Counted from the stretch's first letter, positions 19,235 through 29,765 are shown. The stretch is DNA of 64,000 nt from Planctomycetota bacterium (GCA_038227875.1 JBBRPR010000042.1:12125-76124); one strand, 5' to 3'. Program-made: numbers and translations. Notes: generated from the letters alone by a model not told the origin.

Positions 19235-20812
19235 ATGGCCCGCGAATTTACGAAGAAGGAACTGAGCAAGCAGCAGAAGGCTCGCGCGCAGCGTGTCGAC
19301 CACACGTACTACGCCAAGCCCCATCCGTGGCGCTCGCGCATGAAGGCGCTCTCGATCGCGCTGCCGCTGGTGGCACTGGCCGGATTGGGTGCGTTTGCGC
19401 TGATTCCTTCGGGTGCTGAAATCTACATGCCCGGTCCGGTCTCCACCAAGCACGGCATTTTTGCGCAGCGCTGCGAAGAGTGCCATGAAGCCGTCAAGGA
19501 CGCCAACGGCAAGATGACCTTCGGACAGGTCACGGACGCCAAGTGCACGGCCTGCCACGACGGCCCGGTCCATCATGAAAATCAGGTCTACCCGACTCAC
19601 AAAACGCTGGCCACGGTCAACGGTAAGGAAAAGAGCATCGACGGCCCGGGCTGCTTCACCTGCCACACCGAACACGCGACCAACGTACGTTTGACCGAAA
19701 TTGCCGATCGGCACTGCACGCAATGCCACGTCGACCTGAAAGTCAGCGACGGCAAGCCCCTCGAATTCGCCAGCGGAGTCAAGCACTTCAACGAAGGACA
19801 TCCGGAATTCAAAGCCAAGAAGCAGGGCTTTACCGACACGGCTGCGCTCCGCTTTGGCCACGAAACGCATATGGGAGCCACGTCAAACGTCAAGAAGCCG
19901 GATGGTTCCAAGCTCAGCTGCGTCGATTGCCATCGCCCGGACAAGCAGCGCGCGTACATGAGCCCGATCAATTACGAGACGAATTGCCGCAGCTGCCACG
20001 ACATTGCAATTCCCGAAATCGCCAACATCGGCGCGGTCAAACTGCCGCACGACGCGCCGGACCTGGTCAGCGCGAAGTTGAAAGTCGCATTCTCCGATTA
20101 CCTGCTCAAGAACGGCGGCAAGCTGCCGGCGCAGAAGAAGCCCAATCCGAAATACGTGCCGCCCAAGCCCGGCCGCCCGAAGGGCAAGGAACCGGAATTC
20201 CTTGAAGAACCCGATTCCCGCAGCCCCAACGACTGGCTGAAGGAGAACATCGACCTCAGCCTCAAGCCGTTGTTCTTCCCTGAAAAGGGCAAGGAAACCA
20301 GCTCCTGCGCCTACTGTCACACCGCCAAGGGCAAGGACGAAGCGACCGGATTGCCGATCCTGGAGAAGACGAAAATTCCGCCGGTCTGGTTTGGACACGC
20401 GCACTTCAATCACGAATCGCACCGCGTCGTGGAATGCATCAGTTGCCATACCGAAACCCTGACCAGCAAGTCCACGGCGGACGTGCTGCTGCCGGGCATC
20501 GACAACTGCAAGACCTGTCACAATCCCGCCGGTGCGCGTTCCGGCTGCAACGAATGTCACTACTTCCACGACAAGGCCGGCCCGAAAGTGGAAGGCATGC
20601 TGAGCATCGAAGAACTGAGCAAGGGCGTTTCGAAGAAGGCAGCGCCCGCGACACCGGCGGCGCCGGCAGCTCCGGGCGCGGCAGCCACTCCGGCTCCCGA
20701 TGCCGCTCCCGCTGCGGCACCCGCTGCTCCGGCTCCAGCCGAAGCACCGAAGGAAGCACCGAAAGACGCACCCAAGGATGCTCCGAAAGATCCTCCGAAG
20801 GACGCGAAGTAA
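19235..20812 (+). CDS. Membrane-anchored decaheme cytochrome c
   Basis: Ten CxxCH motifs (CEECH, CTACH, CFTCH, CTQCH, CVDCH, CRSCH, CAYCH, CISCH, CKTCH, CNECH), N-terminal TM, Pro/Ala-rich and PKDA tail. Confidence 0.9.
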   Translation: MAREFTKKELSKQQKARAQRVDHTYYAKPHPWRSRMKALSIALPLVALAGLGAFALIPSGAEIYMPGPVSTKHGIFAQRCEECHEAVKDANGKMTFGQVTDAKCTACHDGPVHHENQVYPTHKTLATVNGKEKSIDGPGCFTCHTEHATNVRLTEIADRHCTQCHVDLKVSDGKPLEFASGVKHFNEGHPEFKAKKQGFTDTAALRFGHETHMGATSNVKKPDGSKLSCVDCHRPDKQRAYMSPINYETNCRSCHDIAIPEIANIGAVKLPHDAPDLVSAKLKVAFSDYLLKNGGKLPAQKKPNPKYVPPKPGRPKGKEPEFLEEPDSRSPNDWLKENIDLSLKPLFFPEKGKETSSCAYCHTAKGKDEATGLPILEKTKIPPVWFGHAHFNHESHRVVECISCHTETLTSKSTADVLLPGIDNCKTCHNPAGARSGCNECHYFHDKAGPKVEGMLSIEELSKGVSKKAAPATPAAPAAPGAAATPAPDAAPAAAPAAPAPAEAPKEAPKDAPKDAPKDPPKDAK

Positions 20813-20837
20813 CACACAATTCGCAATTCGTGTGATT

Positions 20838-20877
20838 GAGTCGGCGTACCGTTTCAGCGGTACGCCGATTCTTTTTT
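20838..20877 (+). terminator. Rho-independent terminator
   Basis: TCGGCGTACCG...CGGTACGCCGA stem followed by a T tract. Confidence 0.75.
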
Positions 20878-21036
20878 ACCGGGATTTACTATCTTTATAA
20901 GTCGCGCGGCTGAGGCCTGTTACGCAGAATCCAGCAGTCTCAACCTGGCCCTCAGTAAACTGTCACTCTCACCCGCACACCAACGTAGCGGGAAGAGTTT
21001 GAGACAGATTTCAGTCCACTTGAGGAGGCAGATCCA

Positions 21037-22029
21037 ATGTTTACAGCACGACAAACGCGAGTGATCTCGCTCATCGCGTTACTCAGTATCATCGCCATGG
21101 CCGCGCACGTTTACGCGTCGGAAATCGATCCCTTCAGCAACAAACTGACCGTCGGCGATCCGGTCGTGGACGCGACGACGTTCATCAAGGATCAGGACCT
21201 TCGCGACGCGGCGCTGGCTGCGATCGCGGCCGACCGGTTTTCGTTTGTGGTCGATTTGCAGAATGCCACTGCTCTGCCGACGGACGTGAAGAAGTTCTTC
21301 GCTGACCGCGCCACGGCGCAGGGTCTGGCCGATACGATTCACACCGATCGCCGGCAATTGCGCTTCGACATCAAACCGGGCACCGGTGGGCTCACCCGTC
21401 CCGGGAAAGGCTCCTCGGATCTCAATGCTGCCGTCACGCAGTTCTTCAAGGATTTCGACGCGCGCGTAGCCGGCGAGGCCGCGGTGGATTCAGATTACAA
21501 AGCGTTGAAAATCTCGGTACAGGCGCAGAACAAGGCGGGCGTGACGTCGAACGCGAATCAGTTCTTCCACGATCGCTTCACCACTGCCCAGGCGCGCCTC
21601 AACGAAGCGGCCGACGTCTTCAACATCAAGAAAGTGATCAAGTTCAAGGGGCAGAAGATCGCGTTGGTGAAGCCGTCGAAGGGCAACGATCTGACCGGGC
21701 ACACGTCGATGTTCCTGACCGATCGCGCCGCGTGGCTGTCAGACGATGATGCGATCACGGCGGCCCGCAACAACATGCGCTCCGCGCTGGGTACCTCCAG
21801 CCTGCAGGCATCCGTCACCACGTGGCTCAACGCGCGCCGCACCCATCGCGTCGCCGGTATCCAACTGGGACTCGACCGTTTTGCGATGAAGGTTGATGTC
21901 GGCCTGGCAAAGCAGAAAGACCCGAAGTCCAAGGCGATCGCCATGACCAAGACGGGCGGCGCCGAAGACAATCAGGATTCACCCGACAACAACCTGGATG
22001 AATCCAGTGACGACAATGGCGAAAAGTAA
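21037..22029 (+). CDS. Secreted helical-repeat hypothetical protein (paralogue of 47867..48868)
   Basis: Signal peptide, GAGGAGG RBS, three internal repeats of about 87 aa, acidic tail. Confidence 0.85.
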   Translation: MFTARQTRVISLIALLSIIAMAAHVYASEIDPFSNKLTVGDPVVDATTFIKDQDLRDAALAAIAADRFSFVVDLQNATALPTDVKKFFADRATAQGLADTIHTDRRQLRFDIKPGTGGLTRPGKGSSDLNAAVTQFFKDFDARVAGEAAVDSDYKALKISVQAQNKAGVTSNANQFFHDRFTTAQARLNEAADVFNIKKVIKFKGQKIALVKPSKGNDLTGHTSMFLTDRAAWLSDDDAITAARNNMRSALGTSSLQASVTTWLNARRTHRVAGIQLGLDRFAMKVDVGLAKQKDPKSKAIAMTKTGGAEDNQDSPDNNLDESSDDNGEK

Positions 22030-22052
22030 CTGAAGTAATCAACGTAAAAAGG

Positions 22053-22082
22053 AAAAAGCCCGGCCATGTGGCCGGGCTTTTT
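22053..22082 (+). terminator. Rho-independent (bidirectional) terminator
   Basis: AAAAAGCCCGGCC-ATGT-GGCCGGGCTTTTT. Confidence 0.85.
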
Positions 22083-22248
22083 CATGCGCACGTGCAGAAA
22101 ATTTATACATCGCGTAATAAACTATGCTTGTCGAAGTCGCACAAACATCAGAAACTCATTGTTTACAAAATTGTAATCCACACTTTGCAGAACCGATCAG
22201 CGTGAGCTTTGTCGGTTAACGTACGTCACCTTCTTTTAGGGGGCAACT

Positions 22249-25200
22249 ATGCTTTATCGTAAGTTACTCGCCAGACCCTTCGCGGGAGCGCTGCTGGCGC
22301 TATCCTGCGTCATGCTTACCAGCGTCACCGCATTGCGGGCACAGGACGCCGGCAACCGCGGCGTCGCGGACAGCAGTGTTCAGACTCTCGTCGGCGGCAA
22401 CATCGGCGACGGCTCAACGACGCCGACCAGCGTCCCGCTGATCAGCCTGCAAGGCGGAGTGACGCGCGATTCAGCCGGCGCGATTTACTTCACCGAAAGC
22501 AATCGCATCCTGAAGCTCGCCGGCGGCACGCTCTCCGTTTTCGCTGGCTCTTCGAGCAGGGGCTACAGCGAAGCGACCAAGGGCGCGGGCGCGCGATTCA
22601 ACATTCCTACTCTGTTGACGATCGACCCGTCCAACAATGTCTACGTGTACGACAGCAGCAATGCCCGCATCCGCAAAATTGCCCCCGACGGTACCACCGC
22701 AACGGTGGCCGGAAACGGCGCGACCACGACGGGCATCGCCGATATCGGCCGCCCGGCCGTCGACGCACGCATGCCCGGCGTAAACGGCATCGCCGCAAAT
22801 GCGGGTGGCGACGTCTTTTTCATTTCGAACACCACCAGCTGTCTCTATAAGGTGACGGCTTCCACCGGCCTGCTCTCGATCGTAGCCGGCAACGGTTCGA
22901 CTGGCGCGCTGGCCACCGGCGCGGTTGCCGCTAATAACCCGCTGGGTGGAAATACGTTCACCGGCCTGGCGTTGCTGGGCGATGGCACGCCCATCTACGC
23001 GACAACCAACGCGATCCGTAATATCAAGGCCGACGGTACCAATGCAGTGATCGCAGGCGTCCTGGACGTCAACCCGGCCAGCGGCACGTTCAATCTTCCA
23101 GCCACTCAGTCGCCGCTGTTCCCCGACGACGGTACGAAGAACGCGCTCCAGACGTATAACTCCGCGTCAGGCACACCGCCCAATGTCATCGGCAATGTCG
23201 GCGGCATCTCGCCAACATCACTGTCCGTGGACGGCGCGACGATCTATTTCCTCGACCTTGGCGTACGCCGCATTCGCAGCTTTACTGTGGGCGGAACGAT
23301 TCAGACCGTCTTTGGAGAACGCAGCGAAGGCGGCTTTACCACCGCCGGCGGTTTCCGCGGCAACAACAGCCCGGCGGCCACGAACACGCCGCGGTTGGGT
23401 GTTGTTGTTACTGCCGGCCCCGACAACGTCCTTGCGGGAGGCACCACTCCTGGAGGAGACGATGTCATCGACAATACGTCCCGGCCAGGTCGAATTTTCT
23501 CTGGTCCTAACGGCATTGCCAATGCGCCCACCCTTACCAGTGACGACGTTCTCGCGGTACCCACGGGCACGGCCGTCGCCGACGACCAGACCCCTCGCAA
23601 CGACGATCCCAAGCTGAGCACCAGCGTCTCAATCACGCTGGTCGCCGCTGGTGGCGTGGTGACCTTCTCCGATGTCGGCAACTCCATTGTTCGGCAGTTC
23701 ACTGTCGGAGGTAATGTCACCACGGTTGCGGGAGCGACGGTTCCATTCCGCAACTTTAACGTTACCGCACCGTCTGCCATTAACTTTCAGTCAGTCAGCG
23801 ATTCCGTGGCTGTGCCCGCAACCAATGCCGCCATTTTTGCACCCAACCAGGTTGCGCATGATGCGGCCGGCAACGTCTACTTCGACGCCGATGACGCCAT
23901 CAGCGGCGGAAAGCATAAAATTTACAAGTACGATGCCGCCGCCAAGACGGTGACATGCATCGCAGGACCCGCTCTGACGAATGGCTTCCCGACCAACGGC
24001 GGCGATGGCGGCCCCGCTGCCAATGCACTGCTGACCGGACTCGGTTCGCAACTGGGCGTTCTCGCCGACGGAACTGTGCTCTTTGCCGATAGTGTAGTGG
24101 GCGGCGTCACCACCCATACTGTTCGCGCCGTCAGTCCTGCGGGAGTGCTTAGCACCATCGCCGGAATCCCGACTGTTTCAGGCAACAAGCCGCCAGACCT
24201 TGATCTGACGTTGGTGAACGCTGCAGGCGCGCCCGTTGTCACCAACCGCGTGGGGCAGAAGCCCTTGGCCGTTCCGTTCAACCATCCCGACGCGGCCGTC
24301 GGCACGACGGTCAACGACTTCGCCGTGGCGGACACCAACAACGGTGTGGTTGTGATTGTGGCTGGCGGAGTGATCACCCAGGAAATCAATCCGGGCGTCT
24401 CGCCGGTATACATGACGCAGATCGGAACAAACGTCTTCGTCGCCGGTGCTGGCAGCAATCAAGTTTCCAAGATTAACTTGAGCACCACGCCGGCCACGGT
24501 GACTGCGGGTTTCATTCCAGCGGCGGCTGCCGGCACGGTGAACGTTACGGGCGACACCACCAATGGCAGTGCTATATTTACTAACGTATCATCCACTGCC
24601 GGGTTATCTCCCGGCGACACGTTGAACGCGGCCGTACAGGGTATTCCAGCAGGTTCGATCATCCTTGCGGTCACGTTGAATACGATCACGATGAATGCCA
24701 GTGCCACCGCGTCCGTTGCCGCAAACGCCATCGCGTTTACGCATAATGTCGGTGGCAACGTGCGCGGACTTGCGGGCGGCACCAATGGCCTGTTCGTGCT
24801 GGGCGCAAACGGTAGTGTCACCCTTTATTCCACCGCCTCCCTCTCCACGGGTGCCGGTGCTGTGCAGTACCTGTTCGCCGCAACCGCCAACCCGACGACT
24901 GGATTGGCTGTCTCCGGAACGACCGTGGCATTTGCAGAAACCGCCGGCGGGTCGGGTTTCATCAAGCAGTTCACCGACACCGGCAGCATCTCGCCGGCGC
25001 CAACAGTCTCCATCGTCGCAGGCTCGTTCACCAACGTCGTCAGCAACGGTTTCAACCTTCAGGCACATCTGACCTTCTCGGCATTTTCGCCGCTGGCGAT
25101 CAGCGGCACGAAGTTCATCTCGGGTGACGATGCAGTAAAGCAAATTCGCCTGATCACGCCCGGAATTCCCGCACCCAATTCCACCGCCACGGTCTTTGCC

Positions 25201-26817
25201 GGAGCAGGTTCCGAACGCAACGGCGGTCTTGACGGTGAACCGGCCTTGAATGCCGCGGACATCAGCTCTGTTGGCGGCATCGCGGTCGATTCGACGGGTG
25301 CGGTCTTCTTCAGTGATCAGAGCGTCAACACCATCCGCAGCATCTCCGGCGGTACGATCAATACGATTGCCGGAGTCCCGGGTGTTACTCTTCCGAGTAC
25401 GTCTACTGTCGTGGATGGCCCGGCTCTCAACACGTTCTTCAGCAAACCCGCCGGTCTCGCATTCAATGGTGCGGACGCCTCAGCGCTGTTCGTCTGCGAT
25501 CAGAGCAACAATGTCGTCCGCAAGATTTCACCCACGGACGGCACGGGAACGGTCACCCGGTTCGCCGGAGTGGTTGGCGACGGCGCTGGCGCGGGCGGTG
25601 ATCAGTCCACGGCCCTGACTGCACGCCTGGATCTGCCCGTAGGCTGCGTCTTTGACGGCGCGGGTAATTTGTATATCGCTGACCAGGGTAGTTCAGGTGC
25701 GGGCAAGCGTGTTCATGTTGTCAGCAAGGCTGGGATCATGACGCAACTCGGTGGAGGCGGCGCCAATATTCCCACGTATCTGCCAATTCCGGCAATCGAG
25801 ACCGATTTTGCCATGACCGGTATTGCGATCGATACGGGTGGTAAAGTTTATCTCCCCAACGGTCAGTGCTTCATTACGCGCATCGCCGGGGGTAATGCAC
25901 AGCTCGTCGTCGGCGACCCGCTGATCCAAGGCTTCAACGGTGATGGTCTGTCCGGCTACAACACACTGCTCAAACAGCCTACGGCGGCGACGTTCTCCAC
26001 CGTGCTCGGCTTGGTCTTCACTGACAAGGGTAACGACCGCGTGCGCGCCGTGACCAACCTCGGTGAAGGCACGAACTCGCCGCCCGTCGCGGTGATCGCG
26101 GCCAACCCTGATCATCTCGGCACGGCGCCGTTCAAGGTTGTGCTCAACGGCACAGGTTCGACCGACGACGACGGTGACATCGTCACCTATGAATGGGACT
26201 TCGGCGATGGCACCAAGGGCTATGGTCCGTCGGTGGAGAAGGTCTACCCAACCATGGGTGCCTACCCGGTGACGCTGACGGTGACCGACACCGCCGGCAA
26301 CACCAGCACCGCCGCACTGACGGTCTTCTCGGCGCTGCCGCTGCTGGCTTCCGATACGACCGGCAAGGGCTCGTTCACGGTTGGGTTCGCCAAGAAGGCT
26401 GGCAACGATTCGTTCTCGATCCAGCTCAAGGGCGTTCACAGTCTGAAGAACGAGACCGGCAAGCCGTTCACGTGCTTCATCGGACCGTTCTCCGCGACTG
26501 GCACCATCGGCGGCAAGGGAGTCAAGCCACCGAAGAAGCCCAAGCCGCAGGTCAGTTCCTTGAAGGGTGCGAAGGCGTCCATCACCTGCTCGCTGGACCC
26601 CACCAAGGGCACCGTCTCCGTGGCCGTCAAGGGCGCCAACCTGGGACCGGCGTTCAAGACGTTCGGCGTCAATAATGAAAACTCCATCGGTGGCCGCACG
26701 GCCACCGTGCCGATTGTCCTCACCATCAATAACGGTGATCTGGTCATCGGCGACAAGCTGCTCTTCCCCTATAAGAGTAAGTACAACAGCAGCGCGCAGG
26801 GCAAGTTCTCGCAGTGA
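22249..26817 (+). CDS. Large secreted NHL-repeat beta-propeller protein with a PKD domain and a Lys-rich C-terminal domain
   Basis: Signal peptide, repeated NHL motifs (GNLYIAD, NVVRKI, GGDGGPA), PKD signature YEWDFGDG...YPVTLTVTD. Confidence 0.88.
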   Translation: MLYRKLLARPFAGALLALSCVMLTSVTALRAQDAGNRGVADSSVQTLVGGNIGDGSTTPTSVPLISLQGGVTRDSAGAIYFTESNRILKLAGGTLSVFAGSSSRGYSEATKGAGARFNIPTLLTIDPSNNVYVYDSSNARIRKIAPDGTTATVAGNGATTTGIADIGRPAVDARMPGVNGIAANAGGDVFFISNTTSCLYKVTASTGLLSIVAGNGSTGALATGAVAANNPLGGNTFTGLALLGDGTPIYATTNAIRNIKADGTNAVIAGVLDVNPASGTFNLPATQSPLFPDDGTKNALQTYNSASGTPPNVIGNVGGISPTSLSVDGATIYFLDLGVRRIRSFTVGGTIQTVFGERSEGGFTTAGGFRGNNSPAATNTPRLGVVVTAGPDNVLAGGTTPGGDDVIDNTSRPGRIFSGPNGIANAPTLTSDDVLAVPTGTAVADDQTPRNDDPKLSTSVSITLVAAGGVVTFSDVGNSIVRQFTVGGNVTTVAGATVPFRNFNVTAPSAINFQSVSDSVAVPATNAAIFAPNQVAHDAAGNVYFDADDAISGGKHKIYKYDAAAKTVTCIAGPALTNGFPTNGGDGGPAANALLTGLGSQLGVLADGTVLFADSVVGGVTTHTVRAVSPAGVLSTIAGIPTVSGNKPPDLDLTLVNAAGAPVVTNRVGQKPLAVPFNHPDAAVGTTVNDFAVADTNNGVVVIVAGGVITQEINPGVSPVYMTQIGTNVFVAGAGSNQVSKINLSTTPATVTAGFIPAAAAGTVNVTGDTTNGSAIFTNVSSTAGLSPGDTLNAAVQGIPAGSIILAVTLNTITMNASATASVAANAIAFTHNVGGNVRGLAGGTNGLFVLGANGSVTLYSTASLSTGAGAVQYLFAATANPTTGLAVSGTTVAFAETAGGSGFIKQFTDTGSISPAPTVSIVAGSFTNVVSNGFNLQAHLTFSAFSPLAISGTKFISGDDAVKQIRLITPGIPAPNSTATVFAGAGSERNGGLDGEPALNAADISSVGGIAVDSTGAVFFSDQSVNTIRSISGGTINTIAGVPGVTLPSTSTVVDGPALNTFFSKPAGLAFNGADASALFVCDQSNNVVRKISPTDGTGTVTRFAGVVGDGAGAGGDQSTALTARLDLPVGCVFDGAGNLYIADQGSSGAGKRVHVVSKAGIMTQLGGGGANIPTYLPIPAIETDFAMTGIAIDTGGKVYLPNGQCFITRIAGGNAQLVVGDPLIQGFNGDGLSGYNTLLKQPTAATFSTVLGLVFTDKGNDRVRAVTNLGEGTNSPPVAVIAANPDHLGTAPFKVVLNGTGSTDDDGDIVTYEWDFGDGTKGYGPSVEKVYPTMGAYPVTLTVTDTAGNTSTAALTVFSALPLLASDTTGKGSFTVGFAKKAGNDSFSIQLKGVHSLKNETGKPFTCFIGPFSATGTIGGKGVKPPKKPKPQVSSLKGAKASITCSLDPTKGTVSVAVKGANLGPAFKTFGVNNENSIGGRTATVPIVLTINNGDLVIGDKLLFPYKSKYNSSAQGKFSQ

Positions 26818-26823
26818 TCCACG

Positions 26824-26855
26824 CAGACCTTTGTGCCTTTGGGCACAAAGGTCTG
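26824..26855. repeat. Tight hairpin/palindrome directly after the stop codon
   Basis: CAGACCTTTGTGCC-TTTG-GGCACAAAGGTCTG. Confidence 0.75.
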
Positions 26856-26872
26856 TCTTCATCCTCAAAGAC

Positions 26873-26901
26873 GAAAAACGGGGCTCAATGCCCCGTTTTT
26901 C
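26873..26901 (+). terminator. Rho-independent terminator
   Basis: GAAAAACGGGGC-TCAAT-GCCCCGTTTTTC. Confidence 0.8.
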
Positions 26902-26966
26902 ATTTCTTGAATGTTCGCCTTTTAGCGGCGTCTGGACTTCATGAGGCTTATGGGTTATCTTAAATA

Positions 26967-27356
26967 GTGATGAAAGTGCGCGTGTCCGGACTATTTCTTT
27001 TGCTGTCGCTGGGCATCGGCATCGTTCCCAACGGAATCTGCCCGGGGTGTATCACGCCGTACTGCCTGTTCAAAGATGCGCCGAAGACATTGGAATGCGC
27101 GTGCTGCGCAGCTCCAGCGCCCGCCACGTCCGACGCTCAAATGAAGGACGGGAAGAAGTGCTGCTTCCTCCTGCCGCTCGTCGTCCACTCCGCGCATGTC
27201 TCCGTACCGAACTTTGCCGTCATCGATCACGGTCCTGAAGTTCCGCCCATTGCCGCAGAAAGAATTCTGCTGCAGCGCGACACCAAGCCGGAGCTTCATC
27301 TCACCGGACCGCCTCAACACGGATTATTTCTGTCTAATCACGCCTTCCTGATCTGA
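26967..27356 (+). CDS. Small Cys-rich exported protein (DUF2946-like)
   Basis: Hydrophobic N-terminus, CPGC, CACC, KKCC, and a C-terminal TGPP...LFL motif as seen upstream of metal transport operons. Confidence 0.6.
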   Translation: MMKVRVSGLFLLLSLGIGIVPNGICPGCITPYCLFKDAPKTLECACCAAPAPATSDAQMKDGKKCCFLLPLVVHSAHVSVPNFAVIDHGPEVPPIAAERILLQRDTKPELHLTGPPQHGLFLSNHAFLI

Positions 27357-27417
27357 TTCTCCATCCTCTCCCCTGGCAACTCCGGCATCACCAGGTGCTG
27401 GGGTCGCTCGTTTTTCG

Positions 27418-27437
27418 TGGTGGCAAATTTGCCACCA
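27418..27437. repeat. AATT-centred perfect palindrome (20 bp)
   Basis: TGGTGGCA-AATT-TGCCACCA. Confidence 0.8.
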
Positions 27438-29068
27438 TGGACCGGCTCGCAGAGAGGATGTGCGTTGTGTCTGAACCCCCAGCCCAAGCCGACCTGAGCA
27501 TCTTTACGTCCACGCACCGGAGAGACGCGGATTCCGCTCCCATTCCCATGCCCGCCTCGCGGTGGCGCACGCGCGTGCTGCTACCGGCAGTGATCCTTGC
27601 GCTTTTCGCCGGCGTGCTGCTTTACGCCGCTCGCGATGCGCTGCTGCCAGCGACAGAAGTTCGTGTCGCGCCGGTGGTCTCAAAAGCGGTCTCCGGTTCG
27701 GCCGGCAGCGTCGCGTTCCAGGCGGCCGGGTGGGTCGAGGCCGATCCGTTCAGCACGTACGCGTCGGCGCTGACCGATGGTGTGTTGAAGGAAGTGCTGG
27801 TGCTGGAAGGCCAGCACGTCACGGCTGGTCAGGTGGTCGGAAAACTGATCGACGACGAAGCGAAAATCGCGCTCGCCCGCGCGGAGGCGGATATGCGCCA
27901 GCGGCAGGCGGAAATCCGCGTCGCCGACGCAACGCTGGCGGCCGCCAAAGCGCAGTGGGAAAATCCCATCGAACGCCAGCGTGCGGTGGCCGTGGCCGAA
28001 AGCATGCTGCTGGAAATTCAAGCCAACATCGCCAAGCGCGAAGGCGACATCGCGGTCGAAAAAGCACGCGCCGACGAACTGCGCGACACGTATACCCGCG
28101 AGCTGGAATTGAGCAAAGCGCGCGCGGTCGCCGAAGGTCAACGCATTCAGACCGGATTGAAATTGAAGACGCAGGAAGCGCTGGTCGAAGCCGCCGAGCG
28201 CGACTTGCAGGTACTCGCCGCAAAACTCAAAACCCAGGAAGCCGAACGCACCGCCGCGAAGGAAAATCTCCGGCTGCGCATTTCCGAGAAAAAAGATCTC
28301 GCCGCCGCCGAGGCTGCTCTGCAGCAGGCGCAGGCCGCGCTGGAAACCGCCACTGCGATGCGCGACGACGCGCGTTTGCGTCTGGAACGCATGGAGATCC
28401 GCACGCCGATTTCCGGCGTGGTGCAGGAACGCTTCGTCGAGCCGGGAACAAAGATGATGCTCTCGGCCAACGAGATGCATTCCAATCATGTCGTGCGAAT
28501 CTACGATCCCGAAAAACTCCAGGTCCGCGTCGATGTCCCGCTGGCTGACGCCGCGCGCGTCGGGGCCGGACAGGACGTGACGCTCGTCGTCGATGTGCTT
28601 CGCGATACGACGTTCAAAGGCAAGGTTACGCGCATCCTCGACCAGGCCGACATCCAGAAGAACACGCTGCAGGTCAAGGTCGCGATCGAACATCCCGTGG
28701 CGGAATTGAAACCCGAGATGCTCGCTCGCGTGCAGTTCCTCGCCACAGCCACCGAAAGCAAAAGCGGTGCGGCGAAGGAGCGCGAGCGTCTCTTCGCGCT
28801 CAGCAGCGCGCTGCAACGCGATGGCGCGAAAGCCACGGCGTGGATTGTCGATAAGGGCGGCCACACCGCGTGGCGTAAAAACGTTTCGGTCGGTTCCGGC
28901 CGGCTCGGGGAGTGGGTGGAGATCACGGAAGGTCTGCAGCCCGGCGATGCGCTGATCGCCGGCGACACCTCGCGGTTGCACGACGGCGAGCGCGTGCGGA
29001 TCGCGGGCGAAGTGGACACGTCCGCCGCGGCGCCTGCCGAAATGGGAGGCGACCATGGCGCTCATTGA
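27437..29068 (+). CDS. Efflux membrane-fusion (periplasmic adaptor) protein
   Basis: TM, VLVLEGQHVTAGQ, long coiled coil, IRTPISGVV and LKPEM. Start uncertain (27437, 27458 or GTG 27467). Confidence 0.88.
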   Translation: MDRLAERMCVVSEPPAQADLSIFTSTHRRDADSAPIPMPASRWRTRVLLPAVILALFAGVLLYAARDALLPATEVRVAPVVSKAVSGSAGSVAFQAAGWVEADPFSTYASALTDGVLKEVLVLEGQHVTAGQVVGKLIDDEAKIALARAEADMRQRQAEIRVADATLAAAKAQWENPIERQRAVAVAESMLLEIQANIAKREGDIAVEKARADELRDTYTRELELSKARAVAEGQRIQTGLKLKTQEALVEAAERDLQVLAAKLKTQEAERTAAKENLRLRISEKKDLAAAEAALQQAQAALETATAMRDDARLRLERMEIRTPISGVVQERFVEPGTKMMLSANEMHSNHVVRIYDPEKLQVRVDVPLADAARVGAGQDVTLVVDVLRDTTFKGKVTRILDQADIQKNTLQVKVAIEHPVAELKPEMLARVQFLATATESKSGAAKERERLFALSSALQRDGAKATAWIVDKGGHTAWRKNVSVGSGRLGEWVEITEGLQPGDALIAGDTSRLHDGERVRIAGEVDTSAAAPAEMGGDHGAH

Positions 29069-29765
29069 ATGCCGCAAACTCACCAAGACCTACACGCGCG
29101 GCGAGAACACGATCACGCCGTTGCAGGAACTCGATTTGAACATCGAAACCGGAACGTTCCTGGCGTTGATGGGACCCTCCGGCAGCGGCAAGACGACGCT
29201 GCTGAACCTGATCGCCGGGATCGACCAGCCCACGTCGGGCAAGCTCATCATCGGCGGACACGAATTGACGGGGATGTCGCGGTCGGCGCTGGCGGCGTGG
29301 CGCTCAGAGTACATCGGGTACATTTTTCAGCTCTACAATCTCGTGCCGGTGCTGACCGCGTACGAAAATGTGGAACTACCGCTGCTGCTGCACAGCTATT
29401 CGGCAAAAGAACGCCACGCGAAGGTGACGCTGGCGCTGGAACTGGTGGGCTTGAGCGGGCGGCACGATCACTTCCCGCGCCAGCTCAGCGGTGGACAGGA
29501 GCAGCGTGTCGCGATCGCGCGTGCGATCGTCGCTGACCCAAAGATCATCGTCGCCGACGAACCCACCGGCGATCTCGACGCCACCGCCGCCGCGGCCACG
29601 ATGGCCTTGCTGCAGCGCTTGAACGCCGAATTCAAAAAAACGCTGATCATGGTTACGCACGATCCGAAAACCGCCGCGTGCGCCGGTCAGGTGCTCCATC
29701 TTGAGAAAGGCCGGCTGGTCGAAAGCGCGACGGGGACGACGGGGGTGGCACATGCTGCCTCTTAA
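29055..29765 (+). CDS. ABC transporter ATP-binding protein (MacB/LolD type)
   Basis: GPSGSGKT, LSGGQEQR, ADEPTGDLD and VTHD. Confidence 0.95.
   Translation: MALIECRKLTKTYTRGENTITPLQELDLNIETGTFLALMGPSGSGKTTLLNLIAGIDQPTSGKLIIGGHELTGMSRSALAAWRSEYIGYIFQLYNLVPVLTAYENVELPLLLHSYSAKERHAKVTLALELVGLSGRHDHFPRQLSGGQEQRVAIARAIVADPKIIVADEPTGDLDATAAAATMALLQRLNAEFKKTLIMVTHDPKTAACAGQVLHLEKGRLVESATGTTGVAHAAS

Noticed and set aside
20640..20810. PAAP/PKDA repeats (also the GT linker at 38245-38330 and the Tyr-rich tail at 9485-9610)
   Set aside because: Low-complexity protein linkers or tails, not independent DNA elements.
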